A stretch of 64,000 bases of DNA from Podarcis vaucheri (Eukaryota). The stretch lies in the NCBI GenBank assembly GCA_965113315.1, contig OZ220363.1; one strand, given 5' to 3'. The position numbers and the translations under genes are program-made. Positions 12,900 to 25,480 of this stretch are shown here, one piece after another. Under the pieces are notes generated by a model. It saw nothing but the letters and a program-made list of their open reading frames with translations. It was not told where the DNA came from and searched no databases. Every line of letters starts with the position of its first letter. Position 1 is the stretch's first letter.

Positions 12900-13960
12900 A
12901 TAACAATAACGGCTGCCTTCTGCATTGTTTTTGCTGCATTAGCAGCACTGAACTGGCCCCTTCAGGACACAAGCCTGGGCAGTGTGTTTGGAGGTCCTGG
13001 GCTGTTCAGATAACAAGACCCACCCCCCTCGGCCTTGCTGATGTGGTCCACAGGAATAAATTTGGTACCAGCTTGGCTGCAGGAGTTGCCAGAAGGAAGT
13101 GTATAAGACACCATCCAACCATCTTAGGGAGTCTACTCTGGATTTGTGTAACTCCTTAGCCTTTTATTTTCCTGAAGATGTCCCACAAAGCAGTGGGTAC
13201 AGATTTTTCCTTGGGGTTTACTCCTGAAGCAGGGATGCGGGTGGCGCTGTGGTGTAAACCACTGAGCCTCTTGGGCTTGTTGATCAGAAGGTCGTGGTTT
13301 GAATCCGTACGATAGAGTGAGCTCCCATTGCTCTGTCCCAACTTCTGTCAACCTAGCAATTAGAAAGCATGCCAGTGCAAGCAGATAAATAGGTACCCGC
13401 TGCGGCGGGAAGGTAAACACCATTTACGTGCACTCTGGCTTCTGTCACGGTGTTCTGTTGTGCCAGAAGTGGAAAGTTGTCTGTAGACAAATGCTGGCTC
13501 CCTCGGCCTGAAGCGAGATGAGCTCTGCACCCCATGGTTGCCTTTGACTGGACTTAACTGTCCAGGGGTCCTTTACCTTACTTTTACTTACCTTACTCCT
13601 GAAGCCTTCCTCACAAATGAGTATAGCTGCAAGGCAGCAGAGGTTTAAGATCAGAGTTTTCATTCTCCTAGCTGGGCTACCTTCCCAGGTTGGTGAGCCC
13701 CATCTGCCCACATTTCCGTCTGCAACATGCACTGTAACCAACTTCTTTTACCATTTGTCCCACTACTGGTCTCATCCACTCAATCCGCCAGATTCATATG
13801 CAGGGGAAGTCCCTAATTCACCAAGAGTTTGAGACCCATAGGCTACCCTCACCTGGTTTAACCAGCCAGCCAAAGCCATTTCCTGGGGTTTTACAGCTTC
13901 TAGGATCCACAGGTGAGAGTTGAGTGCATGGTGGGGACCAAAGGTGGTGAAACTAGCCCA
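12900..13960. mobile_element. Interspersed repeat (possibly an RTE-clade 5' region) interrupted by a Sauria SINE
   Basis: GC-richer block that reads continuously across the SINE insertion. Family and boundaries are tentative. Confidence 0.4.
13231..13592 (+). mobile_element. Sauria SINE, full length, older subfamily
   Basis: tRNA-like head gggtggcgctgtgg...tttgaatcc, core agataaataggtacc and an (ACCTTT)-like tail. 13-bp TSD TTACTCCTGAAGC at 13218-13230 and 13593-13605. Confidence 0.9.
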
Positions 13961-16346
13961 GAAGGAGCATGATGTCTCCTCCACCAGAAGTACTACCCCT
14001 TCCCTAACACCCCATACACCCCAGAAACAGTGTACAGTACAGTAAGACAAAATACAAAAGATTAGACTCTAAAACTCAATAAAACCATTTATATAGTTCT
14101 ACAAGTAAAATTTCAAAAAAACTGAGTAACCAAGGAAAGCCTACACACACACGTGCCCACACACACAAACACAGAGAGAATCTTCAGCAGCCACCTAAAT
14201 ATCAAGACACTAAGTAATTGTTTAATTTCAGCTGGTAATTGATTCCAGAGGGTTCAGTTTCTAGTACGAGCTAAGTGTACCTTTGGGACAAGTGGTATGG
14301 GCAGTGACTCTGAGAAGCGCAATTGCAGGACAAGGTTATATATGAGGGGAAATTGTTCATAAGGGGTCAATGGGCACTTACCTGACTCACTCTCACCATG
14401 TTTCCTTGACTGATTTCCTTGTAGTTTTCTCCTTTGTGCAGGGGCTGGTACACAGGTGAGCCTGTGTTTGACAGTCCTGCAGTCACTAGTTAAAGACCTG
14501 TTGCAGACTTGAGTGCTGACACTGTAAGCACAGAACTTTTTGTGTGTTCACATTTACCATATAAATCCACTGGGAGTCTGGGACTGGTTCTGCTACTCTG
14601 TAGAATCTATGTCAGAACTGTAGTTCCCCAGCTTGAAGAAGCCGGAGAGAGAAGAATGGGATGGTTTTATTGCTTTGTCAAATGATGCCTTCATATCTCA
14701 ACACTGCCATTTTCCTAGAATATATGAGCTGCTAGCTCAGACCAGTAGTTCGCATGGTCCAATACAATTGTGATGGGCAGAAGCTTTTCAAAGCTTGAGA
14801 CAAGTCTTTCTCATCTCAGTTTCCTGGGATTATTTAACACTGAGGCATCAGGAATTGTATATAGGTTCTTGGGGGTGTAAAAAAATAGCTGAAACATACT
14901 TTATGCTTCTTCAAGTGTTGTGCTCACCTTGAATGTGTACCTACAACTGACTGGAAGATGATGCAACAGAGCTTCCCAAAGCTTTGATGTCAGCCATGGG
15001 CCTTTTGGGGGGGTATTTTATACCAGCTGCAGAACAGCATTTTTCTTCCTAAAATTGTTAGAAAATGCATCTCAAGGAAAATACTCAAACTTAACATTAG
15101 GTGTCAGCATTTTACATATTATTTGCTGAGAGTAGATATCCCAGAAGAGCTGCAGCACAGAAAATAAATGTTTCAGGCTTTTATTTCTAAAGCTTTGTGT
15201 TACGATAACTGGAATAACAAGAAAAACAACCTGTTCGAGTCAAATAAAACATACGTTTTCATACCTCTATCACAAGCAACTCATTTAAATATCATTGTTT
15301 AACTAAAAAAAATGGACTTCTGATGAAATAATACTTTCATGACTAAAAAGAAAAATGGAACACTTGAGTGGAAAAAAGAACAGGATGGATAACCACTTTT
15401 TTTTTTTACAGTCAAGTGTTATATAAATCTTATGCAATAAATATAGGAATGTTGTAAAATCATCTACAACCACGTTTTCAGGCATGGTGACAAACTTTTT
15501 CTGCTTGTTCGCATTTACTTCATCACTACCTACATCATATTGTATTAGAATATTGAGACCCAACCAAACAAAGTCAAGTTAATGCTTCGCTAACTTAGAA
15601 AAGAAAAACCCCACTTTGCATGTTATCAGTAATCATTTAAAAGCAACCCTTGTGCTGCTTGGCAAGCAGTTTTCTTTGCATTCAAAATCTGCATTAATAG
15701 ATTTAACATGATAGGTGAACTGCAGTACAGATATGTTTGTGCCACACGTGCGCCAATCAAGAAACCATTTTGAAAAAAATACCCAGGCCATGTTTCACAG
15801 GAAACTTACATTCTCCTGCCCATAGCTTATCTAGATATCAGAAAATTGTGGTTTCTGAAGTAGTCCTCATGGGAATGGACAATCCAAACAAATCTAGAAT
15901 ATGGAAATAGTTTTGTTTCCTCACCTAATGTGAAATTGTTCCCTTCAAAGTGATCTTTTTGTCAATATTTGTGAAATCTATTTATATGGCTCCTGCAGTT
16001 GTACGATGAACTTGATAAAGATCAGCAATTCCTATTTTTTACATTCACAGCATGTTTTTATTTTTTAAAAAACTAACATAAATGTACTATTCTATGCATC
16101 ATTTTATGTTTCCTGTTAAATATAAGTGAAAATTGATTGGGGCATTTCTCCATGGAATTCTATCTTTATTTCATCATAATTGCTTCTTCTTTGAATAATG
16201 ACAGATGAACTGCTTCATTCAACTGCAGTTTTTTTAAAAGCTTTGAAGTCACAATAACAGCACCGGATTTAAATCCTGAAGCTATTATTGTGGCAGGAAA
16301 GAGATCGGGGGGGGGGATTAAAACTTGGGGTCCTAAAAAGAAAATA

Positions 16347-16761
16347 CTGTATTTTTTGCCCTATAGGACGCACTTTTCCCCCTCCAAAAATGAAGGGGAA
16401 ATGTGTGTGCGTCCTATGGGGCGAATGCAGGCTTTCGCTGAAGCCTGGAGAGCACGCCCCTGGCTTCGGTTCCCCAAGCTGGGGGACAGCGGGGAGGCGC
16501 AGCGCCGCCATCCCGCTGTTCCCTGACCTGGTTTGGGCTTCAGGCAGATATCCGCAAGGCGTGGGAGCCCGGCAGGAAGTCGCGCCGGTCTCCCAAGGCT
16601 TGCGGAGAGCTTCCTGTTCTGGGGGCTGGGGAAGCTCAGGCTTCCCCTGCCCCAGCCCCGCGCCTGGGGGGGGGGAATAAATGTTTTTTTCTTTATCCCC
16701 CCCAAAAAAACCCCTAGGTGCGTCCAATGGGCCGGTGCGCCCTATGGGCCGAAAAATACGG
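16347..16761. mobile_element. Tc1/mariner-type MITE, GC-rich
   Basis: TIRs CTGTATTTTTTGCCCTATAGG and CCTATGGGCCGAAAAATACGG with TA on both sides. Repeated subterminal GTGCGTCC(T/A)ATGGG. Confidence 0.85.
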
Positions 16762-16893
16762 TAGTTTTATGAAGTAATAGTCATCACTTCTGGTTGTATT
16801 CACTACCAGTTTCTGCAACTTCTACATCGCCAAAGTGATCTATCTGCACAGCTCTTAAATGCATTTAATTGTAATAGACGAGGGTCAATATAG

Positions 16894-17417
16894 TGTTGCA
16901 TATCGCCCCAATCTCTTGAGTGATGCAAGATTCCAGGGTTTCAGGCGCTTATCCAGAGTTTGTGTTTGTTTTTGCAAAGACAGCACAGCACAGACTGTGG
17001 TATCTTTATATTACATGACTTATTTATACATATATACAACTTGAACCTACAGTGGAGGGGTTCACAGCACTAACACCCCAAAAGGCTCGTTTGTCCCATA
17101 GCCATAGCCCTGGATTCAAACAGAAATCAAACATTGCTCAGACACACTCTCCAGCTCGCTGGTTTATGTCTAGGTCACATCCGTCTCTAAAACTCTGAAA
17201 TCTCGCTTTATCTGTTGGGGAAGGGGCCCCCACCCATTTGCTGTCTCACACAAAGCCCCTTAATCCCCCTTAATGGCTCATTACCCAGGCTTTCACCATC
17301 ACCAGGAGGCTAGCCTGGCTATTCCAAGAATTAGAAGCCTTGATTAAATTGTAACACTTGCTGGATCCAGGGATTAGAGGAGCCTGGCATTCACTTTAAC
17401 TCCCCAAACTCATAACA
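16894..17417. mobile_element. Solo LTR (524 bp)
   Basis: Termini TGTTG...TAACA and an exact 4-bp TSD ATAG at 16890-16893 and 17418-17421. Confidence 0.65.
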
Positions 17418-18716
17418 ATAGTAAGAAAACTTCTCAATGGTTATTTTAAGACTGAAATCATATGCTTTGCAAAAAAAAAAAAAAGTTTTAAATTCAGTGC
17501 AGATGCAGAGCTATATTTTGCCAATAAAGAGTTCATTAGATCTTTTCCCTCTCTGACATTTACATCTACTCCAAAGTACAGTTTAATACTCCAAGGTATG
17601 AATTTCAAAGTTCCCTTTATCTTTGTATTCCAATTTTCAGCCATTAATCAAATAATATGAAACAGCTTTACAAAAAAAAACCCCTCTAGGAATGGATCAC
17701 ACATTCAAAATGTGCCTTCCAGAAGTTTTTTGAGTGTTATTTTGGAGGGGTGTATGCATGTAATCAATATATGCACAAAATACTTAGATTTTTTATATAT
17801 ATGACAAAATGTGTGTTAGAAAGGTGACAAAATCACACGTACCTCCAACAAATCTTTTTACATGGTACCTCTTAGAAGAATACAAATATGAAGTTATTTA
17901 CTCGCCTTGGTGGATATATGTACCCATCTCCAGCAGTTAAACTAATGAGTGTTCTTCTGTGTATAAGGCAGACGTAGGTGCTCAGATGATGGACCGTGTC
18001 TCTCATGAGACCCAGCCAGTATAGCCAATGGTTAGGGATAATGGGAGTTATAGTACAACAAATTGGGGGCACTACAATGGCAGTTGCCAACCCACATGGC
18101 TGTTAATCCATTTGACAAATTCCCTGCAAGTATTGTACTAGCACATCAGAATGTGATTCTAGCCCTGTATGGGGGGAAATTACAGGTATTTTAAAGTAAG
18201 GACATATGCTATAGTCACTATTGAGACAACAGGCAGGTAGAATTTGTGTCATGGTAGTACAGTACAAAAGGCTGTGGGAAAAGTTAAGGCATTTAGTCAG
18301 CCCTTAATTCCTGTGTGCCCTAATCTGAGGCCAAAGCACATCAGTACAAAAAGATGCAGTGGGTAGTCGAATTGCAGTGGACCCATTGAAAGGAATGGTC
18401 TAATGTTAGCTTATGCCCATTGGTTTCAATGGGTCTGCTCTGAATTGGACTAGCGTTGGGAATAATCCTGAAGCTGCAATCTTTTGCCTACTTACCTGGG
18501 AATAATCCCGTTGATCTCAATGGTATTTTGCTTCTGCAGGGATATGTAACAAGATTGCACTTTTAAGCAGGGATGGATGAATCAGCTTGTTTCCATTTCA
18601 AGCCAGTTTTGCATCCCTTCAACCACCTATAAAATATTAGTTTAAAATGGTACATATTTTTTATATGCACTTTCCCCTAAAATACAAGTTTTGTATGTAT
18701 TTCCCCCCCAAGAATA

Positions 18717-18957
18717 CAGTGGTACTTCGGTTTAAGAACAGTCCTTTTTAAGAACGATTCGGTTTACAAACTCTGCAAAACTGGAAATAGTGTCCCAGTT
18801 TGCGAACTTTACCTCGGTTTAAGAACGGAATCCGAGCGGTGGAAGGGCACCGGCAGTGGGAGGCCTCATTAGGGAAAGCGTGCCTTGGTTTAAGAACGTT
18901 TTCAGTTTAAGAACGGACTTCTGAAATGGATTATGTTCATAAACTGAGGTACTACTG
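18717..18957. mobile_element. Tigger/pogo-like MITE, family A (GGTTTAAGAAC repeats)
   Basis: TIRs CAGTGGTACTTCGGTTT and AAACTGAGGTACTACTG, with a TA target duplication. Confidence 0.88.
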
Positions 18958-20424
18958 TAGTTGGTACAGGCAGCAGAAAGGTAGTAGAGTGAAATGTAAC
19001 AGTAGGTTCACATTTTCAATGCTCTTCTGTATTGCAGGTTTTTTAAAAACCACCTGCAAGTGGAGATCTTGAACAGGAAGGAGTGGATTAGAAGCTTTTC
19101 TCCTTATATGCTAGGTTTTTACACATGGTAGCCCAGTTTAGGCACTCATTTCTCTCATGTGCTGAAAAGTATCAAGGTTCTGCTGGAAGGAAAGGCAGCT
19201 GCTAGCCCTTGTAGCCTGTGACTGCTGGGTGAGGTTAAACTGTAATTCTTCTTCCTAAAAGATAGCTACCTTGCTAGAAGATGCCCTCAAAGCTGCAGCT
19301 GTAGGAAAGGCGCATCTCCAAAACCTGACAGCAGAAGGTGGCATGGCGATTCCACCCATTCGTTTGCAGAAAGAGGGAGGCTCAGACTGGGGGAAGTGAA
19401 TGGCCTGCAAATTCTTATAGATCCTCACTGCAGTTTTACAGTTGTCACATTCAGGATGAGAGATTATATTATGTCCACAATCCCATGGAGAGCCGATGGT
19501 GAAGTGGGAGCTTCCTCTTGTTATCTCTTATCCATTTCCAGGCATAACAGATAAGTGGAGAAGTGGAACAGTTCACTCATGGGAGCCTAAATTGTGGCTC
19601 TTTCTTAATATCTATACAGTATATGATATCCTATGAACAAAACCTTAGCACAGGGAAAAGGGCTGGCTACCTTTGAAACAGCACTCAGTTGAAAGGAAAT
19701 ACAGTGAGATTCTTGACCAAATTTAAATGTTTTTGAAGTTCATTCATCTCTAAATTAGAAATAATTAAAGGGGCCCTCATTAACATGAATAACTTGTGTA
19801 ACTTTTGTTTTTGAGTTAATCCTGAATCATAAACAAAGTCTCTCCCAGAAAAATATTTAAAATGTTTTACCTTCTGGTGCAAATCTTTACATATGTGCTA
19901 ATAAATATATAAAATACTGCTTTTCAGCTTTGGAAGCTTAAAAAGTTACGGAAAAGATAAAAAACAGTTCAATTTCATCAACTCAAACATGCAGTGAAAT
20001 AAGACATTGTTTTTGTAGGGCTGTTCATTCTTTGAACTTAGATGACATTGTCTCAGAGGACAAGATGTTTGATGAGTTTTATACTTTAAAGCCTCTCTTA
20101 AGAAAAAATTAGCTCAGAATCTGTTTTGTGTAGAATAGCGTATGTATGCGTGCAGAATCATTCAGTCTTCAAAAGACCAGAGGGGAAACTGGTGTCATCT
20201 TCTATTTACTTTCAATATCTCTCTTTTAAATTCACACATTGGGAAATGCTGAAGAATCATAATTTTAGGTGCTTATTTCTTACCAGTTCAAAAAGCATAT
20301 ATGCATCCAGCTGACCTCATAGTGAAGTGATGAGGAAGGGTGTAACTTTGCTTCTTATTTTACGTGAAGGAATAAAAGATCAGATACTTGCTCACAATTC
20401 ACCTTATGAACTCTATGTGTTTTA

Positions 20425-20673
20425 CAGTGGTACCTCGGGTTAAGGACTTAATTTGTTCTGGAGGTCTGTTCTTAACCTGAAACTGTTCTTAACCTGAAGC
20501 ACCACTTTAGCTAATGGGGCCTCCCGCTGCCGCCGCGCCGCCAGAGCATGATTTCTGTTCTCATCCTGAAGCAAAGTTCTTAACCTGAAGCACTATTTCT
20601 GGGTTAGCAGAGTCTGTAACCTGAAGCGTATGTAACCTGAAGCGTATGCAACCAAAGGTACCAACAACAACTG
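20425..20673. mobile_element. Tigger/pogo-like MITE, family B (TAACCTGAAG repeats), right TIR disrupted
   Basis: Starts TA|CAGTGGTACCTCGGGTTAAG and closely resembles the copies at 23598 and 34591. Right end reads GGTACCA-ACAACAA-CTG. Confidence 0.88.
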
Positions 20674-20694
20674 CCCCATATGTATTTTCATAGT

Positions 20695-20866
20695 CCATTG
20701 TAGAATTAGAAGGGACTTGGAGGGTCATCTAGTCCAACTCTCTGCAATGCAGGAATCTCAATTAAAGCATCCATGACAGGTGGCCATCCAACCTCTGCTT
20801 AAAAACCTTCAAGGAAGGAGAGTCCACCATCTCTCCTGGGAGTCTGTTCCACTGTCGAATAGCTCT
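20695..20866 (-). mobile_element. CR1 LINE 3' end fragment
   Basis: gggtcatctagtccaac...ctgcaatgcagg...aaagcatccatgacag is the reverse complement of the CR1 3' end at 46230-46394. Confidence 0.8.
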
Positions 20867-20949
20867 TTTGCACCTCTTTACTCTGGCTTTTGACACTTGA
20901 GGTATACACGTATTTGAAGACCCACCTTACTTTTGTGATTGAAAGTTAT

Positions 20950-21043
20950 TATAAACTGTTTTTAACATTGTGTTTTATATAATGTTGTAACCCGCCTTGG
21001 GACCTTAGGGTGAAAGGTGTGTGATAAATTAATAAATAAGTAA
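20950..21043 (+). mobile_element. L2-type 3' tail
   Basis: tgtaacccgccttgggacc...gggtga followed by an A-rich tail. A similar tail occurs near 40400-40480. Confidence 0.5.
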
Positions 21044-21137
21044 ATTCTGTTCTTACACAGGGCACGTGCAGACTCTATCAGCTTTCACTCGGTCACCCTA
21101 TCACTCACTGCTCTCCAAAATAGAATAAAATAATCAT

Positions 21138-21498
21138 AAAGGTAAAGGTAAAGGTACCCCTGCCCGAACGGGCCAGTCTTGACAGACTCTGGGGTTTGTG
21201 CGCCCATCTCACATCTATTGGCCGGGGGCCAGCGCTGTCCGGAGACACTTCCGGGTCACGTGGCCAGCGTGACAACGCTGCTCTGGCGAGCCAGAGCCGC
21301 ACACGGAACGCCGTTTACCTTCCCGCTGGTAAGCGGTACCTATTTATCTACTTGCCCCCGGGGGTGCTTTCGAACTGCTAGGTGGGCAGGCGCTGGGACC
21401 GAGCAGCGGGAGCGCACCCCGCCGCGGGGATTCGAACCGTCGACCTTTCGATCGGCAAGCCCTAGGCGCTGAGGCTTTAGCCCACAGCGCCACCCGCG
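21138..21498 (-). mobile_element. Sauria SINE, full length, young CpG-rich subfamily
   Basis: (AAAGGT)3 tail at the left end, B-box ggattcgaacc and head ccacagcgccacccgcg at the right. Near-identical reverse complement of 55369-55726. Confidence 0.93.
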
Positions 21499-22387
21499 TT
21501 AGTGCCAAATAGTTAGTGCCAAATAGGCAGTATATTGGGACTTTAAATATTAGTGTATCTGAATTTCTGAAGCCCAAATTTACATTTGCCTCACTTGGCT
21601 GAAAACTTTCCTTTATAATATGGAAAGGGATATGTCAGTTGCTAGAAAAGGTTTCTGCTGAAGCAGACATTTAGAGCTGTTGCACTTACAAAAGCTATGT
21701 AGACAACTCTGGATTTCAGTTTAAAGCAAATATTGCTGGGGAAAGGTTATCAGCAAGATTGCAACTATAAATACACTACCATTTTATTTGATCTGCAATT
21801 TTCATAATGTGTTACTGTTTGTGTTATGCAGTATAGGCATATATATGTATGTGTGTGTACACACACACACACTACAATATACACATACATTACAATAAAA
21901 TCTATTTTAAGTATTGCCTTGCAAATGATTTATTCCCTAGCTTATGTATCTTATTCTATAAGATGGCGTTTTGATATGTTATTCCTTACATCTGTTGTTT
22001 TCTTAGAAACAAAAAGCAATGTGTTCTGCGCATGCTCTGGAACATTCAGCCAACCCTGGTACACAAACTGTGATGAGCAATTAATAGAATTCAAGTAATT
22101 CATATTTATAATAGTTTCCATGATAGAGAATAGTATAAAATACCATCCAAAGTGTAGTTAGTATTTTCCAACTTTTAAGTGGCATGTACAAGTGATAGTA
22201 CAAAAAAAGTGTATATACTGCTTTTCAGGGCAAAATCCCACCCAAGATGACTCGCAAGCAATATATAATATAAAACAATCCAGTTACTTTAAATTTACTT
22301 AGAACTGTTGTAGTTTAACAGACCAGGATAGTAGTTCATATGAAACATCAATTTTAAAAGCTAGCAAATACGGGGCCATTCATGAAA

Positions 22388-22582
22388 ATATGGTTTAGTG
22401 ATTAGACCACTGGACTATGACCTGGTTCAGATCCCCACTTGACCTTGAAGCATACTAGATGATCATGGAAAAGCCACTGACTTTCAACCTAATTTTCCCC
22501 ACATTTGTGGGGATAAAACTAAGTGGGATATAACCATGCATGCCACCTTGAGCAACTTGGAGAAGAGGTGGAATGTAAATGT
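22388..22582 (+). mobile_element. Old tRNA-derived SINE (Squam3/MIR-like)
   Basis: A-box-like tggtttagtgattaga, B-box-like ggttcagatccc and tail catgcatgccaccttgagc...gtggaatgtaaat. Confidence 0.5.
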
Positions 22583-22599
22583 TACACTTAAGCAAGTCA

Positions 22600-23160
22600 T
22601 TTTTTCAGGAGAGAGTTCCAGAGATATAGAATCACCACTGAAAAGGCCTCGTCTCTATAGCCCACCTATGTGGCAGACTTACGAGCACAACCTCTGAGGC
22701 AGATATTAAGGTCAAAGCAAGTGTATATGGGTGTCATGGGCCAGGAGTCATCTTCACCTGCTGAACAGCAGCCCGAAGGGGGGGAAGGTGGAGTGATTCC
22801 ACCTGCAGGTGATTAGCCTTCAAGGACATAGGATAAGGGACTGATGAGAACCAGCTGGCTGTAGCCTTCTTAAGCAGAACTTCCAGCAACAGTCAAACGC
22901 TGGTAACAACACTTGTAGTTCCTGGCTCTACCTTGCTGCCTCCTGCTCGTCTTAACCCTTGACCCCTGGACTATCTGGCCATGTGAATTGCTGTTTGCTG
23001 AACCCTAGGACTTCGACCTGACTTCGTATGCTGACTCTGCCTCCAGGTAAGTATCTCAGAGATTCTTCCAGTTGGCTGGCCTCCTACTCCACTGAGCTCT
23101 GCACATTGTTGCTCAGCAGTGCGACTACAACAGTGGGTAGAGGTGGTCCTTCATATATAA
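22600..23160 (-). mobile_element. L2-type fragment split by a solo LTR
   Basis: gagagttcca...ccactgaaaaggcc...gtgtatatggg resumes after 23132 as gtgggtagaggtggtccttca. Confidence 0.45.
22732..23132. mobile_element. Solo LTR (401 bp)
   Basis: Termini TGTCA...CAACA and 5-bp flanks ATGGG/GTGGG with one mismatch. It interrupts an otherwise continuous L2-like fragment. Confidence 0.55.
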
Positions 23161-23597
23161 ATCTCTTACCTTTTCTTCTTAACTGCAAAAGATTAGAAAT
23201 ACAAATAGGTACAATACCTTTTGATACATACAAAGTTAGTAGCATAGTCACCCATCCATCCACACTAGGAAAAGACAAAAAGGCAAGAAGGGGGGAAAAA
23301 CCTGTCCTAATATATATATATTACAGAATTTAATAATGATTTTTTTAAAGCATGAAAATAGAGTAGAATGGCTGATAGGCAATTCTTGTGGATGCTAGCG
23401 TTATAACTGAATGGTCAGTTTTCCACTTAGACCATACCTACTTTTCCAGCCTCCTAAAGAGTTGGCAGTGGGCCAGTGTGGCCCTCAGACCAAAATATGT
23501 TGATTACTCCTGTTCTGGACAGCACTAGTTGCATATAGATAAGAAATTAAGAAAACAACCCTGGAGGGATGTGGGGATGTGTGTGAATTCCCATGTA

Positions 23598-23839
23598 CAG
23601 TGGTACCTCGGGTTAAGTACTTAATTCGTTCCAGAGGTCCGTACTTAACCTGAAACTGTTCTTAACCTGAAGCACCACTTTAGCTAGTGGGGCCTCCCAC
23701 TGCCGCTGCGCCACCACTGCACGATTTCTGTTCTAATCCTGAAGCAAAGTTCTTAACCTGAAGCACTATTTCTGGGTTAGCGGAGCCTGTAACCTGAAGC
23801 GTCTGTAACCTGAAGCGTATGTAACCTGAGGTACCACTG
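23598..23839. mobile_element. Tigger/pogo-like MITE, family B (242 bp)
   Basis: TA|CAGTGGTACCTCGGGTTA ... TAACCTGAGGTACCACTG|TA. Confidence 0.93.
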
Positions 23840-24934
23840 TATATCACAAGATAAAGAGAAGGCATATCCTATGTGAATGGTGCAGTCACGATGAAGACTT
23901 CATGGCATTAAAGTCTGGATACACATGTGCACCCCATCTCATCAACACCTGCTGTGTGTATGTCACTGAATGTGTAATTACCGAACTAGCATTATTATCC
24001 CACTACCCTTTGTTGATAGTGAATACAGACATCCAGACAGCAGGTCCAGAAATGCATGCAAAGAGCCTTCTTTGACTGAACAATCTGCCTGGCAGGATCA
24101 GAATTTTGCATTTGAGAAACATTATGGCTATTTGTAGCTGGAACATTGCAGATGCTAAATAAGGAAGAGGACGAATAAGCATTTTGGCTCACATATGGAC
24201 ATTTTATTTCTGAATTTGTTGTGGTTTTTACAAACAAAATAGAATCAAGGAAATTCATTTAACAGAAAAGTTTGGATGTCAAATCACATAAAAAATAAAA
24301 ATATCACAAAATGAAACAAAATTTTGAGTTTCACAGCATTGTATCATTTAACATCATTATAAAACACATGCGTACTATGTGACACAAGAATGGGGTGTGT
24401 TTTATTCATCTCAAATTTCTTGATATTTCTAAGCTTATGTCAGTTTCTTTTTCACAATGATGAATTAAATTAATTAGATGCACTAAAGAGATGCATTAAG
24501 CAATTTTCACAAATGAAGACAAATTTCACAAATCTAAACTAAAAGGCAAATCAGATTATAGGAAATTAAGCTACTATCAATCAAAAGGCAAAATAATCAG
24601 GGTAGAAACCCAAGCCAAAATACTTGTCAGATCATGAAATGTTATTAGTAAATGAGGAAAAAAACATATTTGATGTTGGGGTCAATACCTTGCTTCTTTT
24701 ATTAGTAAATTGACTAACTGCTGTAAGGATGAATGGCTTCAACCATGTACAGGGCATAAGTGTGGGTAACTAGCTGGATCAATGCCAATTTGGCTGCTAT
24801 GTTTAGGCTAGGGGCAAAAGGTTCCCTTGAAAGCTATGAAGACCGTTTTGCTTTCTGCTTTGGGTCTGGTCTCTTTCCATCTCTGTGCCATGACAATGTC
24901 ATATTTTTTTTATCAGGCAGGTCCATATCCTAAT

Positions 24935-25130
24935 ATAAGAGCCCTGGTAGATCAAACTTAAGGCCTAGCTAGCTCTGCATCCTATTTCCCACAGTGAGCA
25001 TCCAGATGCCTCTGGGAAGGCCGGAAGAACCAGTTTCTGTTCACTGTTTCAGCCCAGCAAGTGGTATTCAGAAGCACACCTCTAGCATCTTCACCATGGC
25101 TAGTAGCCAATGATAGCATCCTCCATGATT
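24935..25130 (-). mobile_element. Old CR1 3' fragment
   Basis: gcatcctatttcccacagtg...ccagatgcctctgggaag resembles 61690-61750 and reptile CR1 3' ends. Confidence 0.5.
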
Positions 25131-25480
25131 TGTTTATTTAATTTCTAAATCGCCGTTATCCCAAAGGGATCCCAGTACAGCAAATAATAAATACAATAAC
25201 ATCATATACATTACCACCAAGAGTCATGTAACTTCCAGTGGTATCATCATGACAAGCAAAACAGTTCCCATCAAATTCTCCCAAATGCCTGCTAGAACAA
25301 AAACTTGTTTACCTGAGGACGAAAAATCAGTACTGATGGGGACAATCATACTTCTAAAGGAAGGAGTCCACAACAGACACCACAGCAGTGAAGAACTACC
25401 CTAGGTTACCACATAATGTAACAGATGCAGATGGAACCACAATTAAGGGCTCTCCCACAAATCCTAAAGCTTGGGATTGG
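25131..25480 (-). mobile_element. Old L2-type 3' fragment
   Basis: tttatttaatttctaaatcgcc tail, then aaatgcctg...ggaaggagtccaca...acaccacagcagtgaaga. Confidence 0.45.

Noticed and set aside
16269-16772. Several overlapping 78-152 aa ORFs with CpG-island-like composition
   Set aside because: They coincide with a GC-rich MITE bounded by TIRs and TA flanks. There is no recognisable protein or splice structure.
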